Shown: positions 1 through 12,229 of the stretch, piece by piece
Layout of the letters: every line of letters starts with the position of its first letter
Numbering within the stretch: position 1 is the first letter of the stretch
DNA from: Lama guanicoe
Lineage: Eukaryota
Direction of reading: 5' to 3'
DNA length: 64,000 nt
NCBI GenBank assembly: GCA_013239625.1
Contig: MU054187.1
Location: forward strand, 14,790,974 to 14,854,973
Notes under the pieces: generated by a model
Seen by the model: the letters and a program-made list of their open reading frames with translations, nothing else
The model's database searches: none
Told to the model about the DNA's origin: nothing
Program-made: the position numbers and the translations under genes

Positions 1-254
1 ATATGATGTATCTTTTTACTCTTTTCTCCCCCACTTTAACTCTTAAAAAGCTTTTTGGTTATAGAAGTTTTATATCAAGAGTAGAGAAAACATAATGAAT
101 CACCATGTATCCATTTTTTGGCTTTAACAATTACCAGTGTTTTGCCAATTTCTTTCAACTATCCTTTGGGTTTTTTGGGAATGTTTTAAAACAAATTTCT
201 GACACTGTTTTTTTCATGCAAAAATATCTTCCTTTTTTTTTCTTTTTTTTTTAA

Positions 255-1110
255 ACAACATTCTTGCTGACTATAGACATCTGGGCCAACAGTTTCACTT
301 TTCATTTTTTTAAAATGTCACTTTATTTCCTTCTGGCTTGTATCATTTCTGATGAGAAGTCTGTTGTGATTTTGGAGTTTTTTTTTTTTGTTTGTGTTTG
401 TCTTTTATCTTTGTTTCACTATTAGTGTCATTTCTTTTCTCTGGCTGATTTCAAGTTTTCCCCTTTATCTTAAAAAAATTTTTTTTTTTTCTTACGGAGG
501 TGCTGGAAACTGAACCCAGGAACCCCTGGCGTGCGCTCTACTACTGAGTTATACCCACTCCTCCTCTTTATCTTTTGCTCTGAGAAGTTTGTGGCTTGTC
601 TAGCTGTGGGTGCACATGCATTTGTGGATGAATGGTTGGGTCTTTGTGCCTGACATCCATGCAGCTGCTGCCCGTCCTCTCACACCTGCAGGGAGACTCT
701 CATCTCCTGCCCCGCCCCTAATCTTTCTGTGAGCCCTTGGTGGGACCCATGGAGAACAACTTGAGAGTTACGTGCAAACTTCCTTTAGTGTGATGGGCCC
801 CAGCTATTGCAAACTGCCACCCTAGCCCGCATTTGGCCTTTAGGAGTTCATTAAAGTCTACCTGATTTTTCTCACCTATCGGCATGATGGTCACCTCTTC
901 CTCCTACACTTTGCTAGAGGTGAGACAGTTCATGAAACCATTTTTCCTCGGACAGGATTGTTTCTCTTTCGCATTTGGTTTACTTGTTTGTCTTGTGTTC
1001 TCAGCTTGTGATGAACTCAAGAAACAGGGGTTTTGTAGGTTTCTTGGCCTTTTCTCCTTGTTAGAGGAGGAGGAGTGATGTTCTTTGCAGCCTTCTACGT
1101 CCTAAGCAAC
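255..1110 (-). mobile_element. Old L1 (L1M/L1MC-MD-like) ORF1/5' region fragment, interrupted by a SINE
   Basis: Antisense L1 ORF1-type text (ttccttctggcttgtatcatttctgatgagaagtctg) and an old-L1 5'-end-like segment at ~960-1110. Approximate boundaries. Confidence 0.6.
475..562 (-). mobile_element. tRNA-derived SINE (Vic-1-like), internally shortened
   Basis: Minus strand reads gggtataactcagtagtagagcgcacg...cctgggttcagtttccagcacctcc plus A tail. Flanked by direct repeat ctttatctt at 463-471 and 566-574. Confidence 0.8.
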
Positions 1111-1134
1111 ACAAAGGAAGCAAAAGAAGGCTGC

Positions 1135-1590
1135 TTCAGCCAGAGTCACCTTTAAAATATGTAAATTCAACTGTCCTCTGCTTAAAATCTTCTGATTGCT
1201 TCCTGTCTCACTGAGAATATGATCCAAATCCCTTACTTCTGCTTACAAAACCCTGGAGGATGCGGCTCATACCGACCTTGTTGACCTCACCCTCCACTCT
1301 CCCTTTTCCTTACTGTGCGCCGGCCTATTTTCAGTTCCTGAAACACACCAAGTTACCCCTGCTTTAGGGTGTTTAGCTTAGTATCAGTCTTCTCTTTGGA
1401 TGTTTTTCTTTCTGATTTAAATGTCCAGCTTTCTTCTTTTTTAAGTCAGGCAGTGACTTAAATGACTGTCCCTTCCCCAGAGAAACCTTTTCTGACTATT
1501 TCTTCAAAGAAGCTGCCCAGTCAGTTGTTTTTCTATTGAGTTATTTTCAATCTTTGCTTTGCGTTTAACACTGAGATTTTCACCTTTATT
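1135..1590 (+). mobile_element. L2 3' region fragment
   Basis: cagccagagtcacctttaaaatatgtaaat...ctgcttaaaatcttctgattgcttcctgtctcactgagaatatgatccaaatc resembles the L2 3' consensus. Confidence 0.65.
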
Positions 1591-1949
1591 GATTTATTGT
1601 TTTTTTTTAAACATTAGTAATGCTTTAAACCTGGGTAAGCAATTAAATTAAGATTGTTATCATTTATATATAAGCATATTTTGGAATCGACATCTGTAAT
1701 TAGTTAATATCTGCATCCTTTCCCTAAACCAGATAAGAATAGAGCCCACTTTTACGTCCACCGTCCTTTCCCAAACATTCCTGTCACAGTCCCACTTTCC
1801 TCCACTTCCCTAGCCACTGTTTTCCACGTCAACATCATTTGGAATTGTCACTTAGCAGTAAAGTTTTTTAGCTTTTCTTCACCATTTTAGAAGTATTACT
1901 TGTTTCTCTTGGGTTAGATTTGTTTATTTGGTTTTGCTCGGGGCTGATT

Positions 1950-3830
1950 TTCCTATATTCTTTCAGATCATAAAATGTGGATGGAAAACTTCCTGAATCT
2001 TTGCATGTTTGCAAGTTTGTTATTTCTTAATGATACTGTGACCAGATGTAGAATTTCAAAATCATAATTATTTTACCACATAAAACTGAAAATACTTCAT
2101 TAGTTTTGCATTCATTATTGTCTATGGGAAAAGTATAGATAATCTGATTTTTTTGCTCAATAAGAATATTTTAATGTAGTTTTTTCTCCATCTTGATAAT
2201 TAAAAAACAACTTGAGTATGTTCTGCATAATATGGCATTTGAGTATGTGGAATTGCTAAACAGTCCCCTTGTAGTAGTAAATTTGAATTCTATTGACTTT
2301 TTTTTAAATCTATTTTTATGACAATCTGATTGTTATTTCTTTGTAGATAATCTCCACCCCAGGCACTGAATTTCAACTTGGTGTATTTGTATACTTTCAT
2401 TCATCCCCGACATTTGTTCTTTATTTTTATTTTATTTTTTAGTGTTTTTTTGTTGTTGTTGTTGTTGGTGGTGAAGTATAGTAGCTGTACAGAATAAGTT
2501 ACAGGTGTACAATATAGTGGTTCACAATTTTTAAAGGTTATGCTCCATTTATAGTTACTATAAATCATTGACTATATTCCGTGTGTTGTACAGTATGTCC
2601 TTGTAGCTTATTTCATACTGAATAGTTTATACCTCTTAATCCCCTGGCCCTGTCCTGCCTCACCCCCTCCTCTCTCCCCATTGGTAACCACTGGTTTCTT
2701 TATATCTGTGAGCTGCTGGACATTTGTTGAACCCGTTTACTCTGAAGATACTTTTATCTTTTCTGGAAATCTTTTTATTTCTATGAGTATTTCTTCTCTC
2801 TGTTTTCTCTTTTTGGAATTCCTATAGGCAGATGTTGGAACTCTTGAATCTTTTTTTTTTTTTCATATTCACCTTTTGTTTGTCCTTTTTGAGCTGTGTT
2901 CTGGGAGGATCCTCAGTTGTATCTTCTAGCTAAGTAATCATCCTTCAGTTACATCTTTTCTGCTATTCAGCACATTTATTGAGTTTTTAAAATTTTTTCA
3001 GTAATTACAATCTTCCTTTCCAAGGCCCCTCATCTTTGTTTATAATAATGTGCTTTTGTTAAAAGGAGACATCACCTTCTTGCTCCTCCGAGGATGTTAA
3101 CTACAGGTACCCCACATACTTCTTTTACAGTCTCATTTGTTATCTTTGTTTCTTTGGATATTAGTTTATCTGTATGGTGACCGTGGTCCCTTTCATTCAG
3201 AGGATTATTTTTCCTTAAATATTTGCCAGGTTTGCATGCTCATTGGAATCTGAGCTCGTAGGTTTGTCTGTCTCTGCCTTATCTGATTACCTGGCCTGTT
3301 TCCAGGATTCCAGGCAGAGATGTGGCCGTGGCCTCCTGGGTGATGGGGAATTCCCCTTCCTTCTGGGTGGCAGTGAATACTGTCCCAAGTCCTATCAGGA
3401 GTGACATCTTCCTGGTTGTACATTGCTCCTATCTTGGGACAGAAGCCTCTCCTGAACCTACCTGGTACAAGCAGATGGACAAAGGGTTCAGAGTACCTCA
3501 GCCAATCACCCTTTTGGTTGACCCTGGATCCTCTCTTGTTCTTTTCATCTATTGTCTATCAATGTGGAGCCCAAAGATACTCTCATCAGTTCTCACTCCA
3601 TCAGTTCTCTCTTTTGTCTCTTTTGGCTGTTACTTCTTCCTTCAATATAAACTCATCTGCCTTTAATTTTTTAGGAATTTAAATAATTTCTGTTCTGTTG
3701 AGGGCACCACATCTTATTTTCCAGTACTGTTTTCAATTAAATATTTTTTCCTTGTCATTTATGGGGATTTGAGATGAGAAAAAGGTTTTAGGGTGCTCTT
3801 AGTTTGCAGCCTTGATCTGATCTCCTCCTG
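1950..3830 (-). mobile_element. Highly diverged old L1 (L1ME-like) ORF1/5' region
   Basis: T-rich antisense L1-like text, e.g. tttggaattcctataggcagatgttggaactcttgaatc. Approximate boundaries. Confidence 0.45.
2419..2718 (-). mobile_element. 5'-truncated L1 3'UTR insertion
   Basis: Degenerate T-rich tail, then gttacaggtgtacaatatagtggttcacaatttttaaaggttatgctcc. Flanking direct repeat gacatttgtt at 2409-2418 and 2719-2728. Confidence 0.8.
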
Positions 3831-3901
3831 GTCTATTGTAAAGCATGTTAACCCAGTTTAAAGGAAGTACACCCATGTATCTGGCAAGTGATGTTCATTT
3901 C

Positions 3902-4673
3902 TGTTACCAAACCAATCTTGGATCCGCTTGCTCGTGGGCACAGTAAAGCCGATGTACTGACACTGGGTTGTGGTGAAGGAAAATGCAGCATTTATCATAA
4001 AGGCGCCAATACAAAGAGAAGGGGTGGCCCGTGCTCAAAACCTCGACGTCCTTGAAGGGTTTCAGCAAAGCAATTTTAGAGGCCAGAGGACGGAGTGGTG
4101 TCTCAGGGTATGTGGATCAGCTCATGCACAGTTCTCTGATGGGTTGATGGTGAGGTAACAGGGCAGTGTCACAGGAGTTAACATTATCAGTCCTTAGGTG
4201 CCAGTAGTTCTTGGGGCTCGTGGTCATCAAATAGTTAATTTCTTCCATTTGGTGGGTGTTTTAGTATCTGCAGAACAACTCAGGAAGTGTGCATCAGATA
4301 TTTAGGTATTTCACAGACTCACAGACATAGAAAATAAACTTGTGGTTACAGGGCGGGGGAAGCAGGTGGGAAGGGATGAATTGGGAGTTCGAGATTTGCA
4401 GATACTGACTACTACATATAAAATAAACAACAAGTTTATACTATACAGCACAGGGAGTGATATTCAGTATCTTGTAGTAACCTATAATGAAAAAGCATAT
4501 GAAAATGAATATATGTATGACTGAGGCATTGTGCTGTACACCAGAGATTGACACATTGTAAACTGACTATACTTCAATTAAAAAAAAAGATATCTAGGTA
4601 TTTCAGAGAGGAACAGGGGATATGGCAGAGTGGTCTTTCCTAGGAGGGCCCCATACAGTCCTGCTCAGTTACA
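3902..4673 (-). mobile_element. ERV1-class solo LTR interrupted by an L1 3' fragment
   Basis: TG...CA termini (tgttacc...cagttaca) with 4-bp TSD tttc at 3898-3901 and 4674-4677. Strand assigned by resemblance to ERV1 LTRs. Confidence 0.75.
4314..4587 (+). mobile_element. 5'-truncated L1 3'UTR with poly(A), nested in the LTR
   Basis: cagactcacagacatagaaaataaacttgtggttac...gactatacttcaattaaaaaaaaa. TSD agatat(t/c)taggtatttca at 4296-4313 and 4588-4605. Confidence 0.9.
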
Positions 4674-4794
4674 TTTCTACCTCTGAATACTAGTGGAAAT
4701 TATGCTGTGAGTTTATGTAAAATATATTAACATTAATTTCCTGCTTGTTAATACCTTTAGTATGGCCCTCTAAAAAAATCCTGAGAAATACCAG

Positions 4795-4885
4795 TTCTAA
4801 GATAGGAAAATGGAGGCTCAGAGAGGTGAAATAACTTACCCAGAGTCTGCCAGATAGCAAGAGACAGGCAGGATTCATACCTGTG
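4795..4885 (-). mobile_element. MIR core fragment
   Basis: ggaaaatggaggctcagagaggtgaaataacttacccagagtc is the MIR core in reverse orientation. Confidence 0.7.
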
Positions 4886-5562
4886 TCTTGTCATGATGAC
4901 AGCTTCCTTCCATTAAAGACAAAAGGTAAGAATAATGAAGGATGTCCTCACTGGGGGATGCCAACAAAACATAGTTAGCACTCATTAGAGTGGATTCTGT
5001 TAGAAATCCTGAAATCAAGAATTATTGATTATCATGGATAACTTGTCAACAGATCACTGAGCTGACAGCATTTTTTGATTCCATTTTGTTGTGTTGTCAA
5101 TAAGATTTAACCTTAGAGAAATTTGTGAACTGCTGGCGCTGTTTCAGTGGGCAGCGCACATAAACGGGGTGCACATATCGGTAAACATCTCCACAGTGTT
5201 GGCAAATTAGAGGTGCTATTTTGTATTGATATTTCTCATGGCTTTCAGCTGAGGTTTATTTTCATATAAGCAGTAATTACAAAGAATGAGTGCCTGCGAG
5301 GGTAAATGTAGTTATGCTGGTTAAAGAGCATTATATGTATTGTGTGGCAGGCTGTAATTATTTATTTCACAGGAAGCAAGAAGTCTTTCTCAGCAGTTGT
5401 GATACACAGGGTTCAGGTCAATAAAGGCAGAGACTGTAGACAATTTAAGCTTTTGTAAGTCTATGTTGTATTGTTCAAGAGGCATTTTTGGAGAATCTAC
5501 CATAATAAACATTTGGGAAATTAAAAGATAGATACAGAAATAAAAAATACTTAGTATTTTAG

Positions 5563-5705
5563 ATTTTAGTTTTGTGTGGGACAGGGAAGTAATTAGGTTT
5601 TTAAATTAATTAATTAATTAATTATTTTTTTAAAAAATGAAGGCACTGGGCATTGAACCTTGTGCATGCCAAGCATGTGCTCTACCACTGAGCTATACCC
5701 TCCCC
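5563..5705 (-). mobile_element. tRNA-derived SINE (Vic-1-like)
   Basis: Minus strand ggggagggtatagctcagtggtagagcacatgcttggcatgcacaaggttcaatgcccagtgcc (A/B-box like), a (TAAT)n-containing tail, and imperfect flanking repeat gtattttag. Confidence 0.85.
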
Positions 5706-5966
5706 ACAAAACCTTGTATTTTAGCTGAGAAGTTTTAAAGACATAAGTGCCAGAAGACTGAAAAATAAGAATGTTGTCGGAGTGCAGTGAGGTCCATCAG
5801 GAGCTGGGTGGACAGTGGTATTGAGACCCAGTGGAACAACCTTCTTTGCTGTTTGGTTTCTTTGATGTGGAGTGAAGTAAAATGTGACCTACCTCCCAAG
5901 GCTGTGAGTTAAAGATGCAAATTCTTTAGCATTCACCTTCAACCAATTGTTTGAGAGAAGTTTCTT

Positions 5967-6108
5967 TTTTTGTTTGTTTGTTTTGTTTTGTTTGCAGGGA
6001 GAGGGAGTGTAATTAGGTTTATTTTTAGAGGAGGTACTGGGGATTGAATCCAGGACCTTGTGCATGCTAAGCATGTGCTCTACCACTTGAGCTATACCCC
6101 CTCCCCAC
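5967..6108 (-). mobile_element. tRNA-derived SINE (Vic-1-like), full length
   Basis: Minus strand ggggagggggtatagctcaagtggtagagcacatgcttagcatgcacaaggtcctggattcaatccccagtacctcc. TSD tgaga(g/c)aagtttctt at 5952-5966 and 6109-6123. Confidence 0.9.
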
Positions 6109-7864
6109 TGAGACAAGTTTCTTAAACCAAGCACACACACTCTTCTCACTCCGCTTTCTGGGTTCCTCCCTGCCCCAAGACCAGCCTCGGTGGCCGATGT
6201 CAGGGCAGACCAAAGGAGAAGAGCCGGAAGAGCCATCTCTGAGGGGCATTGGAGTCAGTTGTTGCCTTCTTTGGGGCTTTGGTCCAGATGGGATAGGACT
6301 CATATGTAGATGATGCTGTGCCTAAAATTTAAAGTTCCAAAGTAGTGAGCGTGTGTCACCTTCATGACTGTTCATGCTCTTTTGCGTGGCCTTTCTCTAT
6401 TTAGGGAAACCTCTCTTATAATGACTTTTTACCTCCCCAAAATAGAAGTAGACGCAAATTTCAAATCTTTTTGCAGGGAGGATGCAGGTACAGGACCGGG
6501 ACTCTGCAGTCAGATGCATCTGCATGAGTCTGCAGTTCATATGTGAAGAACATGAGAAAACATGCTGGGAGTGGAGCCTTGAGTTTTGGTGGCCCTGGTG
6601 GTTGTGGCAGCATTTCCTGCCAGTGCTTAGCGCAGTGCTGGTTTGCTCATCTGGCTTGGTCTGTGGTTTGAAGTTGGGCTTTGTTTTTAAAAGGTGAGTC
6701 TTGCATCTCATTCTACAGACCTCCTAGCAATTTATGTGCTACCCAGTAACTCATGAATATTTCAGAGTCGTCATAGAAAGTGACCCAGGTGGTTGAGGAC
6801 AAAGGAAAGCGTGTGTTAAACAGAATATCTCACTACAGTAGGCACAGTATAAGCTGCTCAACAAAACACCACTATTATGTACCATCTGCAGAACGTGGAG
6901 ATACTTGTCGGGCAGAGCGATTTACTGTAATGATACCTGGCATTGTGAAATTTCAGTGTTACACTCTGTTACTCCGCTGCTTCACTTTGGTGTATCTTCT
7001 GTAAAGTTTCCTATTTAGAATCCTCCATGTAAACGCAGATGATCTAAGGGTTTGACTGAAGAGAGGGTAACATTGTATTGGGCACAGACATGAGTCCCTA
7101 TGGGATGAATCTCATAGACACATTTGGATCGAGTGGTTAAACGTTTCTATCCTGACATTCTTCCCTCCAAAATCATGTGACAGCCTCTTGTCCTCTCTTG
7201 TGCTAAGACTTCATTCTTCTTCCTGATTTTTAGGACCCCTAGCAATCCACTCCTCCCTTACTTATCGGTCATCATGCCCCTGCTCTTTATCTCAGCTTCC
7301 AAGTTTCCACATGGTTATTTTACTTTTTAACCCAGAGTGAGTCCTGTTGGGATTGATTTGAGAGGAGGCCAATGGGCAGTTAGGAATGCAAAGCAAATTT
7401 AAGTGCTGATCTAATCTGTCAGAATTCTGAGTAGCCCAAGAATTTCTTCAGTCACCTCCCAGCTCTTATTTGGTTAAGGTTTTTTCTTGATACCAAATGC
7501 CAACAGTCTACACGCTACTGCTCAGCGGGCCTAGACACCCACCCCCAGGCGTCCCCCACTTTTGTCTTTCTGACCTCAGTTCCATCCAGAATATCCCCAG
7601 TGCATCACTGACTTGATTACTTTGCTCCTGCTTCGGGGGCACCACTCACACTGGAGTCCCTGGGAGTGGTGCTGGTCTGTGCACCTGGAGGGTGCCGGGG
7701 CCCCTGGGCCCTAGGGGTTGCTTTCCTCTCTCATTTGCACGTTCACTTAGGCCTTTTCCACGGAATTGGTCCCACAGAAGGGGTTTTAGGTTTCCTGGCT
7801 GATTGTGAAGGAAGTATTTTTTGAATGGGGCCAGTCTTCTCAGAAGCAGCAGGATTCTGCAGTT

Positions 7865-8104
7865 CAGAAGTATATGGGCTTAGGAGCAAACCTGTGAGTT
7901 TAAATCCTGACCACCACTTAAAACTGTGTAACAGGGACAGATGGCCTGCTCTTTGTGTCTCCGTTTCCTCTTCTGAAAAGTGGGGATAGTAACAGTGCTT
8001 AGCTCACTGGGTTGCTGTGAGGATTAAGTGGTTTAATGTGACAAAGCTTTGAAAGCAGTGCCTTTTGTATAGTAAGCACTCAGAAACCTTAGCTGTTATT
8101 ATTT
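7865..8104 (+). mobile_element. MIR, near full length
   Basis: tctccgtttcctcttctgaaaagtggggatagtaacagtgc...gttgctgtgaggattaagt...gtaagcactcagaaaccttagctgttattatt. Confidence 0.8.
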
Positions 8105-9240
8105 GCTTGGTCCTTTTTATACCACAAGCAGCCTCCTTTCTACACCACGTGTAGTTTCCTGCTTTCCAGGAGTTGCTGGCTGTTTCTGGTCCAGGTATTA
8201 CTATTAATTTGGCTACAAAGAGGAGAATAACTTAGTAGCAAGTTTTGGTTTAATTGTGTTCCTGAATTACACACAACTTTGGTAATAATTCTTTGCTTTG
8301 CTCTGTTATGTTTGGCAGACCCTGAGGAGGTTCACAGGAGGATGAAAATTAATTTGATGGAATTTGTTCCCTTTTGTCATCAGCGTTCTTTGGAACATCT
8401 TCACTAAGAGGTTATAAAATGATGTTCCTAAAGTCAGTCTAGAATATTGGTGGAAAGACAAGCATCAAACCTTCCCTCTGCCCTGAAACTGCGACCCTAG
8501 ACTCTAGATTGACATTGTGGGTGACCTTTTATTTTATGGTAAATGCTTTCACTTAGGCTTGGCCTGATTGATACCTTGCCCAACCTTTACAGTGCTTCCT
8601 TATGCGCTGATGTAAGAAGCATGGATTTGAAGAAGAAATCAGGAACTTCCTGCATCATACTAAACCTTAAAACCAATCAGAAGCAGACCTAGTCAGGTCT
8701 CTGCAGACTGCATTTTATTGACAATTTGTTTCCAAGAGATCTGGCTCTGATTTTTAAGTTTATGTTAATTATGGAATGCTGTCTGATGTCGGAGGGTGCA
8801 GACCGAATATTTAACCCATTTTTAAAAAGCAGGTCAAATTCAGCATCTGGAGGATAACTTGCAATTTGGTTGAACTTAATTGAACAAGTTTAATGTGAAA
8901 TTCAATAAAAGGGGTCAGGAATATTCTAAGTTTAATATTCTGAGATAAATGGCCCAGGGCTCTTGTCAGTTGTCTATTAATGCCACGTCCGAGAAGGTTC
9001 CTGGGTTTCCTTCCCCCCCCCCAGAGTGTATCTCTCTTGTTAAAAGAAGATTGTGCCGAATCACTCTTCTTGGTACTTCTTTAGAAAAACATTAAAAAAA
9101 ACAAACAAACAAACCCAGTGGTCTCTCCACTATAAGAAATGAAATTTGCTGAACTGCAGTAGAAAGAATGTAGATTATAGAAGGGGTTCGAGTTCACCCC
9201 TTCCAGGAAAAGAAAGAAGAGAGGCAGAGGGAGAGTGACT

Positions 9241-9800
9241 TAAGTCATGTCCCCAGAAGCGGACCCGGAGAGAAAGTTCACGTGCAAGTGATGTAGTGAA
9301 GTTAGCAGCCAGGGAGACAGGCGAGGAGGTGGGGCATCAGCACATGGAGGGAGCCCGGAGAATAGCCTCCCCCCACCCCCTGACCTAGAGGGAGCTCTAG
9401 GGTACAGGTTGCGTTCCAGAGTTGTCCCAACCCAGAGCAAGGCTGCTGAGGCTTTCATGCTCTGGCCCTATTAGCTATTGATAAGGACCACGAGGGGGAG
9501 GGGGCTGGGCGTGGGGGACAGAAATTCTCGGACACTTCCACTTCCCAGGTATGCGAGCAAAGCGGGCTCTGGTAGCACTTTCAGAAAAGACCCTTCGTTG
9601 CTGGCTGTTGAAAGGAAAAGCCAGGGACCTGGCTTATGCACAAAATGATAGAAAGGGACCCAAGGGAACCTGGGCACAAGCGTTGACCTTGTCCACTCTG
9701 GAGAAGGAAAGGAAAGGTACTGGGGTGCCTGTACTTTCTCCCTGCTTCCTCCCTCCCTGGGCCACGCTTCAGTGGAGGCGGGCTCTAGTAACATCTGGAG
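9241..9800 (-). mobile_element. ERVL-class LTR (LTR16/LTR33-like), diverged
   Basis: tccccagaagcggacccggagagaaagttcacgtgcaagtgat resembles reverse-oriented ERVL LTR ends. The right boundary is uncertain. Confidence 0.4.
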
Positions 9801-11324
9801 ATGAGAGAGACCTGCAGGGTAGAGTCAGGGCTAGGGTTCAGCCCTGAGCCTCCTTTGTCTTCCATAGAGCGGGAGAGATGTCTGCACGTCCCCACGTGCA
9901 GGTGGACTGCAGTGGGTCAGGGCCGACTGGGGTGGGCAGCAGACCCCAGGGTGCAGCATGGTTCCTGGGGGAACCATGCTGAAGCAAAGGAGCCAGCCAG
10001 GTCATAAGGCCAGGGGCGTGAGATGCCGGTGAAGTTGGTCTCGGGTGGAAGGCATCAGCGGAGTATAGATAAGGCCAGCTGGAGGGGTCCCTTTCCTGTT
10101 CTCCTGCTGTTCTTGTCTGGGCTGCTGTTTGAAAGACTCCTCTCTTCCCTGGGCGGCGACAAGCTCCAGGGCAGGGCCTGGAGGAGGTGAGACAGGGAAT
10201 CAAGTGCTAGTTCTAGACTTGAAATTCAAGGTGAGAGATGAATGGGGCTTCAGAAATCATCAGAGGAGGAAGGGGCAGGCAGATGCCCAGCTGCACACAA
10301 AGGGTGAAAGAGCTGTAGGCTGCATCTCCTGCACGCCTTGGGGGCTGGCGGCCAGGACGGTGAGGAATGAGGTTAGTGCGTTGCCTCTCGTGTCCATTTT
10401 TGCAAAGCCTTCCTCCTCCTGTTGACCTTGGATGCCTTGATTGTAAAACTCTGACTCCTTCACCATGGCCCGCTTCACCTGAGGCAGAACCCTTCCCACA
10501 TCTCCTTTCCATGGGGCTCCGAGGTCTGCTGGCTGGCTTTCTAGCTAATTAACAATAGAGTATTAATCCCTTCATCTCGCGCCCATAGCTTAGTGGGCTC
10601 CCTTTCCCAAGATTATTTGTAGAGGAGACGGGTACAGGTCCTTTATCTTTGAAAAATCATTTAAACATTTTCTTGCTTGTTATAAAAACACTTCAGGCTT
10701 ATTTTAGAAAATACGTACGTAGGAAAAGAAAGAAAAGAAATACCAACAATTCTACAACCCAGAGAAAACCACTGTTTACATTTTGGTGTAAGTTCTTCTC
10801 ATCTTTTTAATCACTAGATAAATATTGAAGATATATATATCCCAAGATATATACCAATTTACTTGTATTTTAACAGAGGATGCTGAGGGAGCAGGCAAAG
10901 TTCTCAGCCAAAGGACTGAATGAGTGCCAGTGAGATCTGTGTTAACCCCTCTGCTTCCATCGACTCTGTCACTGAGTGGAGCCGGAGTGAGCCAGGCAAC
11001 AGTGACTGTACCCCCTAGACCTCAGCCTTAGACAGGTTAGGTTTTTGGCTCCGAGCCTCAGAAAGCAGGCATTGCAAAATAAAGATGTAGGGAAGGCAGG
11101 TGGGAGCTAAGGTTGGAGCACCTCCAGCCTGGGCTCCCAATAGGTTTTCTTGCCTGGAAAGGAACCCGAGTTAACTTCTGTTCAGCTGGCAGCTGAGGCC
11201 CTCTGAACTTGCTTTTGTTCGTATACTAAGGTGTCTAAGTCTTAAAGATCCAGAAACCCTTAAGACAATGCTTGAGCCTTTTGTGGACGTCACAATTCAC
11301 TGTGTTCAAGGAACAGGCAGATTA

Positions 11325-11701
11325 TGTAGCACAGGCTGGGTCCTCCAGGAAGCAGACTCAGGGATGGAGTTTAGTGAGCAAAAAACATTGATTGGGAAGC
11401 CCTCCAGACAGTCACACCCGTGGAAGGGAGGGAAGGAAGCAGGATTGGGAAGAAGGTGGTGAGTTGTGATGCGTGCTGACTGCCTCATCGATGCTCACTA
11501 GGGCTCTGATGTTGGGAAGGCCCCTCAGTTATCCTGTGTTGGGCCAAGATGGCCTGTCCCCTTCTTACTCCCTGAGTCACTGAGTGTGAGCAGCCCCGGA
11601 AGAGGTGTGATCTTGGGGGAGGCAGCTCTCTGCAGCTGAGCCAAACCCTGAAGGAGCTGTCCTTTGGTTGGGAGCTGGACAGTTCATCTCAGTGTCCATC
11701 A
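11325..11701 (-). mobile_element. ERVL-class solo LTR (LTR16-like)
   Basis: tgtagcacaggctgggtcctccaggaagcagactcagggatggagtttagtgagc...gaaggaagcaggattggg...gcagctctctgcagctgag; TG...CA ends. Confidence 0.65.
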
Positions 11702-11899
11702 CCTTATGTAGGTGGGATTAAGACAAAATGGTGTGCAGGGGAGGATGGTGAACTTGTGGAGTGGGGTCTGGATTATGGCCAAAGCCATTCAAATTTAATT
11801 TATGAAAGTATCATGCTGGTTAAGCAAAACACATTTTTCAGGTAGATTGTAGACTTGTCCTCTTGTTTAGAACCTCTCTGCTCCAGAGACAGGCAGTGT

Positions 11900-12100
11900 C
11901 CCAGCTCCAGCACTTGCTGGTTGCAGGACCTAGGACAAGACAATCTCCGTATGTGCCAGTTGACTCATCTGAAAAAATGGGGATAAAAATTAACACCTAC
12001 TTAAAAGATTTGTTATGAGAATTACATGTAATCCATGTAAAACACTACGCAGTGCCAGGCATATTGCTAGCAATAACAAGACATGTTATTTGCTTTTATA
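11900..12100 (+). mobile_element. MIR
   Basis: gactcatctgaaaaaatggggataaaaattaacacctac...gttatgagaattacatg...gcagtgccaggcata. Confidence 0.7.
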
Positions 12101-12229
12101 GTAGTTATGATACTGGTTGTTACTTTCAGATTATCCCGAAGTTCCTGGTGTTGATGACTCTGTGACCCTCAAGTTTTAATCTTATCGGCCACCCCTCCTG
12201 GCCTCACAACTTGTTCTCTTTGCCTAGTG

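Noticed and set aside
2470..2710. Segmental duplication with 54540-54750
   Set aside because: The similarity is confined to an L1 3'UTR and the flanks are unrelated, so these are independent insertions of one subfamily.
5967..6108. tRNA gene
   Set aside because: It has A/B-box-like motifs but also an AT-rich tail, TSDs and multiple diverged copies, so it is a SINE.
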